NCBI GenBank assembly: GCA_039621445.1
Contig: CP154954.1
Location: 44,991,847 to 45,055,846 of the forward strand
Direction of reading: 5' to 3'
From: Euglena gracilis
Lineage: Eukaryota
Length of the DNA: 64,000 nt
Position 1 is the stretch's first letter, and the number at the start of each line of letters is the position of its first letter. The notes beneath the pieces are model-generated. The model made no database searches. It was not told the origin of the DNA and worked only from the letters and a program-made list of their open reading frames with translations. This document shows positions 60,267 to 64,000 of this stretch, piece after piece. The translations under genes were made by a program, and so were the position numbers.

Positions 60267-61652
60267 GCTGCAGGAGGAAGGTTGAGGTTCGAGGTTGGGT
60301 CATTTTGAACGCTCCAAATACCCCTTACTATGATTCAAAGAGGCTCAAGAGGTTCCTCCTCCATTCCTGTTTTCAGGGGTTTGATGTTTTCTTGATCTTT
60401 TCTTTCCTTTCTTGGTCGTTTCTTCTTCTTGGTCTTTTTTTTTCCAGCAAAGACCGTTCCCTCTCAAAAGGGCACGGGCAGCAAGCGGAGGGGGGGGGAT
60501 TGACATGCGCAATTTCCTCAATTTTTTCTGAAGGCCTCCAATATCGACCCCCCCACCGGAGCCACAAGCGGCCATGCCAAAACCAAATAAAGCACAAAGG
60601 GATCGGACATTTGGGACGACTCTCTTCCCCTCCGAAACGTGTTAGGAGGCTTTCGATCGAGGGTCACAAGACTCCAGAACCCCCCAATCATGTCCAACGA
60701 AGTCCCCGAGCGTTTGTCAGTTTGTCGGGGAGGGGCCACCGACGTTCAAGGAGCCGTCCCACTGGAGCATTCCGCCCCCTTCCTTGGGGAGGTTGAGGCG
60801 CCGGTCATCCTGGCCGTCAGGGGAGGGGGAACCAGCGTTAGAGCGCTTTGTTGGAGACCTCCACTGGCCACGTGGCCCGCAGTGCCCCCTGCCCCCTGCC
60901 CCAACCCAGTGCCCCCGTGCCTTCCCAGCCCTCGAACACACATCCACTAACCCCGGTGTGACCCCCCGGGTGGTTTTTTGAAAGTGGGTGGAGGGGGTGG
61001 GTTCGGGCCATTGGACCCCCTCCCCTAGGGTGCATCACAGTCAGCCCAACCCAGCCGAGGCCACGTTGGCAGGAAAAATTCAAAGGTTCTAGGCTTAATT
61101 CGGGTTATTTTGGTTGGCAGAGTGAGTGGGTGCCCCCCCCCCCCCGGTGGGTTGTGGGTGGGTGGGTTTTTGGTTGAGGGCAAATTCCAATTCCCTCCCC
61201 TGAGGACGTGGATGCATGCCCTCGACCCTTCCCGCAGCCAGACACCGGCGTACCCGGTCGGCTGCCTCTGCCGAGGGCCAGGCAGTGGGGGTTGGCACGT
61301 CACCTTCTTTGGCTTGCAAGAAAACTATGAACCAGGGGGAAATTTTTGTGCATTTTTTTTTCAATTTGTGTCGGTACATTTTGGGGTTTTCGCAATTTTG
61401 GAAATCGCGGCACATTTTGCACATTTTTTTGCACATTTTTTGATTTCCCCAATTTTCAATATTTTCTTTCCATTGTTGTGTTTTTTTCCCATAATTTTGA
61501 ATCTGTGCCATTTTTTGCATAGTTTTTTTTTTTTGAATAATTTTTGAAATAATAAATAATTTTTTTGAAATAATAATAATAATTTTTGAATAATTTTGTG
61601 CAATTTTGCACATTTTTGCGCAAATTTTCCCCAGGCCGGGTTAGCACACCTA

Positions 61653-61920
61653 CCCCCCCCCCCCCGGGAAACTGTCATACCCGAGAACCTGTCAGGGTCC
61701 TGCCCGGGAAACTGTCAGGGTCCCCGGTACCGGCCAACCTGTCATGCTGGAAGTTGTCAGGGTCCCCGGTACCGGCCAACCTGTCAGGGTCATTTTTCAT
61801 TGACTTTGCCTTGAAATAAATGCCCTACCCGGGAAACTGTCAGGGTCCCGCCCGGGAAACTGTCAGGGTCCCCTGTACTGGCCAACCTGTCAGGTGACAG
61901 TTTCCCGGGGGGGGGGGGGG
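61653..61920. mobile_element. TA-flanked MITE (same family as 13635-13875)
   Basis: CnGGGAAACTGTCA…TGACAGTTTCCCGn, inserted in the palindromic site ACACC-TA-GGTGT. Confidence 0.85.
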
Positions 61921-64000
61921 TAGGTGTTCCCCCTGAATGATTCTTTGAAAAGAGGTTTTAAGGCGTTTTAAGGCTTTTAATTCATTCCGGCCAAAGAGAA
62001 ATTCAAGGCTTAATGCCACCTTCCTGCCAGAAATCTGTCCCCTCGGCCATTGAGTCTTGTACCCACTGGGTTGCTGTGTTGGGGGGAAAGGCGTTGAACA
62101 CATTTGGAGAGTTTCAAAAATGACACCTGTGTGTTTTATCATCAAGAAAAAAAATGTGGTAGAAGCTTGGAACTGCAAAAGCGTCATCTGTGTCATCTGG
62201 CTGTCACCCCCCCACCAGGAAGCTGTCATTTGGACTACACATATAAAACCCCCCTAATAAGTGCGCAGTGCCCTAATTGTGCGCAGTGCCCTCATAAGTG
62301 CGCACCCCCCAAAGGTCCGAAACTACCTCCCTAAAAAAGTGCGCACCCTCCCCAAGGAGAAATCACTGTCACATCTCAGGTCGGAAAGCACACACAATCC
62401 TAAGAACTGTCCACAGAACAAACATATCTATCGTCCAAGCCGAAATTTTGACACATAATCACTTGACTCATAGCTTGAAACCACAAAATAGGGTCAAAAT
62501 CGAAAAAGAGTGGGGGGGAACGTCAGTATTTTTGGCTTTGCCCAAAAAAAGTGCGCAGTGCCCTAATAAGTGCGCACCCCTGGGGTCCGAAACTGCGTCC
62601 TTAAATTGTGCGCACCGTATTAGGGGGGGGGGGTCGCAATTATGACAAATGCTGTGCATAAAAAATTGCATTCATTCATATTCATACAGGGCAGTGGTAT
62701 TATTATGGAATTATGGTAGATCAAAAGTTTAGTAAAGTACCCAAATTTTACCACATTGGGAGTCGAATCCACCTTCTGGGGAGGTGGATGTTGGATGCAG
62801 AGGTCGATTTGGAGCGGTGTGCAATTTGAAGCCGAAACCCCCATCTCCCTGAATAATTAATCCCTCTGGTATCAATTTGCACCCAAAGTCAGAGGCTTGA
62901 GGCGATGATTTAGGTATATTTCTCAAATTCAAAAAAAAGGACTAAAACCACCCTGCCAGGTAGAACATTTTTTTTTCATGTTAGGTTTTTTTTAACGCAA
63001 CAGGTGCCTTTTTTCGGGGTCCATTCTGACCCGATTGCATCGATTTTGGTGGTTTTCCCGGTTCTTGTTTTATTTTGCAGTGCAGTGAGGCTCGGGTCAT
63101 TATTTTGGCAGCCAGCGTATGACCCTCATCCCAATCAACCTTTGTTGGTCAGGGCTTGTGGGGACGGAACTGGGGGCGGGGGTCTGCCACCGCATTGCCA
63201 CCGCTTGTGTGCTGCATGGCACGCCTCCTCCGGTGTGGGGTGTGGGCCACCCCATGAGAGAACGAGATCCCCCCACTCCCCCTTCGAACAGAGAGGGAAA
63301 CGAGGCGGGAAAGGGAGGGGCCCGTTGGGGGATGAGCCGCGGCCCCCGCCCGGCTCTCTCCGCGTCGAGTCAGCTGGCGACCCGCGGGCGGAACGTCAGC
63401 GCATCGCATCGTCCGCATCGAATCGCATCGTTGCCCCCACCCCCCTCCCAGTGTGCAATGTTCTTTGCCATTGCTTGTGTTGAGTGTGGGCTTTGAGGGC
63501 CTGTGTACGTGTGTCATTCATTGTGTATGTGTTGTGCCTGGCCCAAGCACAACACATACACATACTGGCCCTGGGTGCAGCGCACATGTGTGTTCGGGGT
63601 GTGTGGGAGAGAGTTCACACCTGTTGGCACCCCATGGCAATATGATCACCATTTGGAAAACCCGACTACCGGGGGGGGGGGGGGGAAATTGGATGCCGAA
63701 AAAAATTATTGGGAAAAAATTGGCGTACAGAAATCCTGCCAAATTTTTCCGGGCCTTTTTTGAAAATCCGGCCTCAAATTTTTCAAAATCACCCCTTTTC
63801 CAGTCATCTTGCAAGCAAAACCTGCCAATTTTTTCCGGGTCGTTTTCAGGTTTGGCACCAATTTTTTCGGCTTCCAATTTTGTCGGGTCTAATTTTATCC
63901 AGCTTCAATTCCCCCCCCCCCCCGGTAACACTTGGCGGCATCGGCATCGGCATCGGCAGCGGTTGCCCCCCCCCCCCAATGGGGTGCCCCTCTCTCCCTG

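Noticed and set aside
60717-60812. Possible terminal exon of a minus-strand gene (CTG-N6|A acceptor-like site)
   Set aside because: No recognisable protein and no partner exon or paired 5' end found.

Overview
Repeat-rich eukaryotic nuclear DNA, almost certainly from a euglenid (Euglenozoa). Nearly all ORF-track entries are noise. I reconstructed four intron-split genes by hand, all on the + strand, as two paralog pairs. Pair 1 (about 905-10086 and 11667-26831) encodes unknown, probably secreted proteins with a Cys-rich domain and a swappable highly charged insert: Asp/Ser/Glu/Lys in one, about 36 x HEEH(K/R)EGER in the other. Pair 2 (29721-42297 and 47948-58927) encodes membrane-anchored papain-family (C1A) cysteine proteases. 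Almost all introns are euglenid nonconventional introns: no GT-AG, with a triplet at +4..+6 (usually CAG) base-pairing with one at about -8..-6 (usually CTG). Introns and spacers are packed with non-autonomous hAT-like MITEs ending in CAG...CTG with 8-bp target-site duplications (TSDs). The key observation is that the 3+5 nt left outside the intron stem equals one 8-bp TSD, so splicing would erase such an insertion without a scar. One paralog-specific intron (2319-2639) still shows both a decayed TIR and the 8-bp duplication. All splice junctions are inferred from sequence and paralog comparison, not from transcripts.
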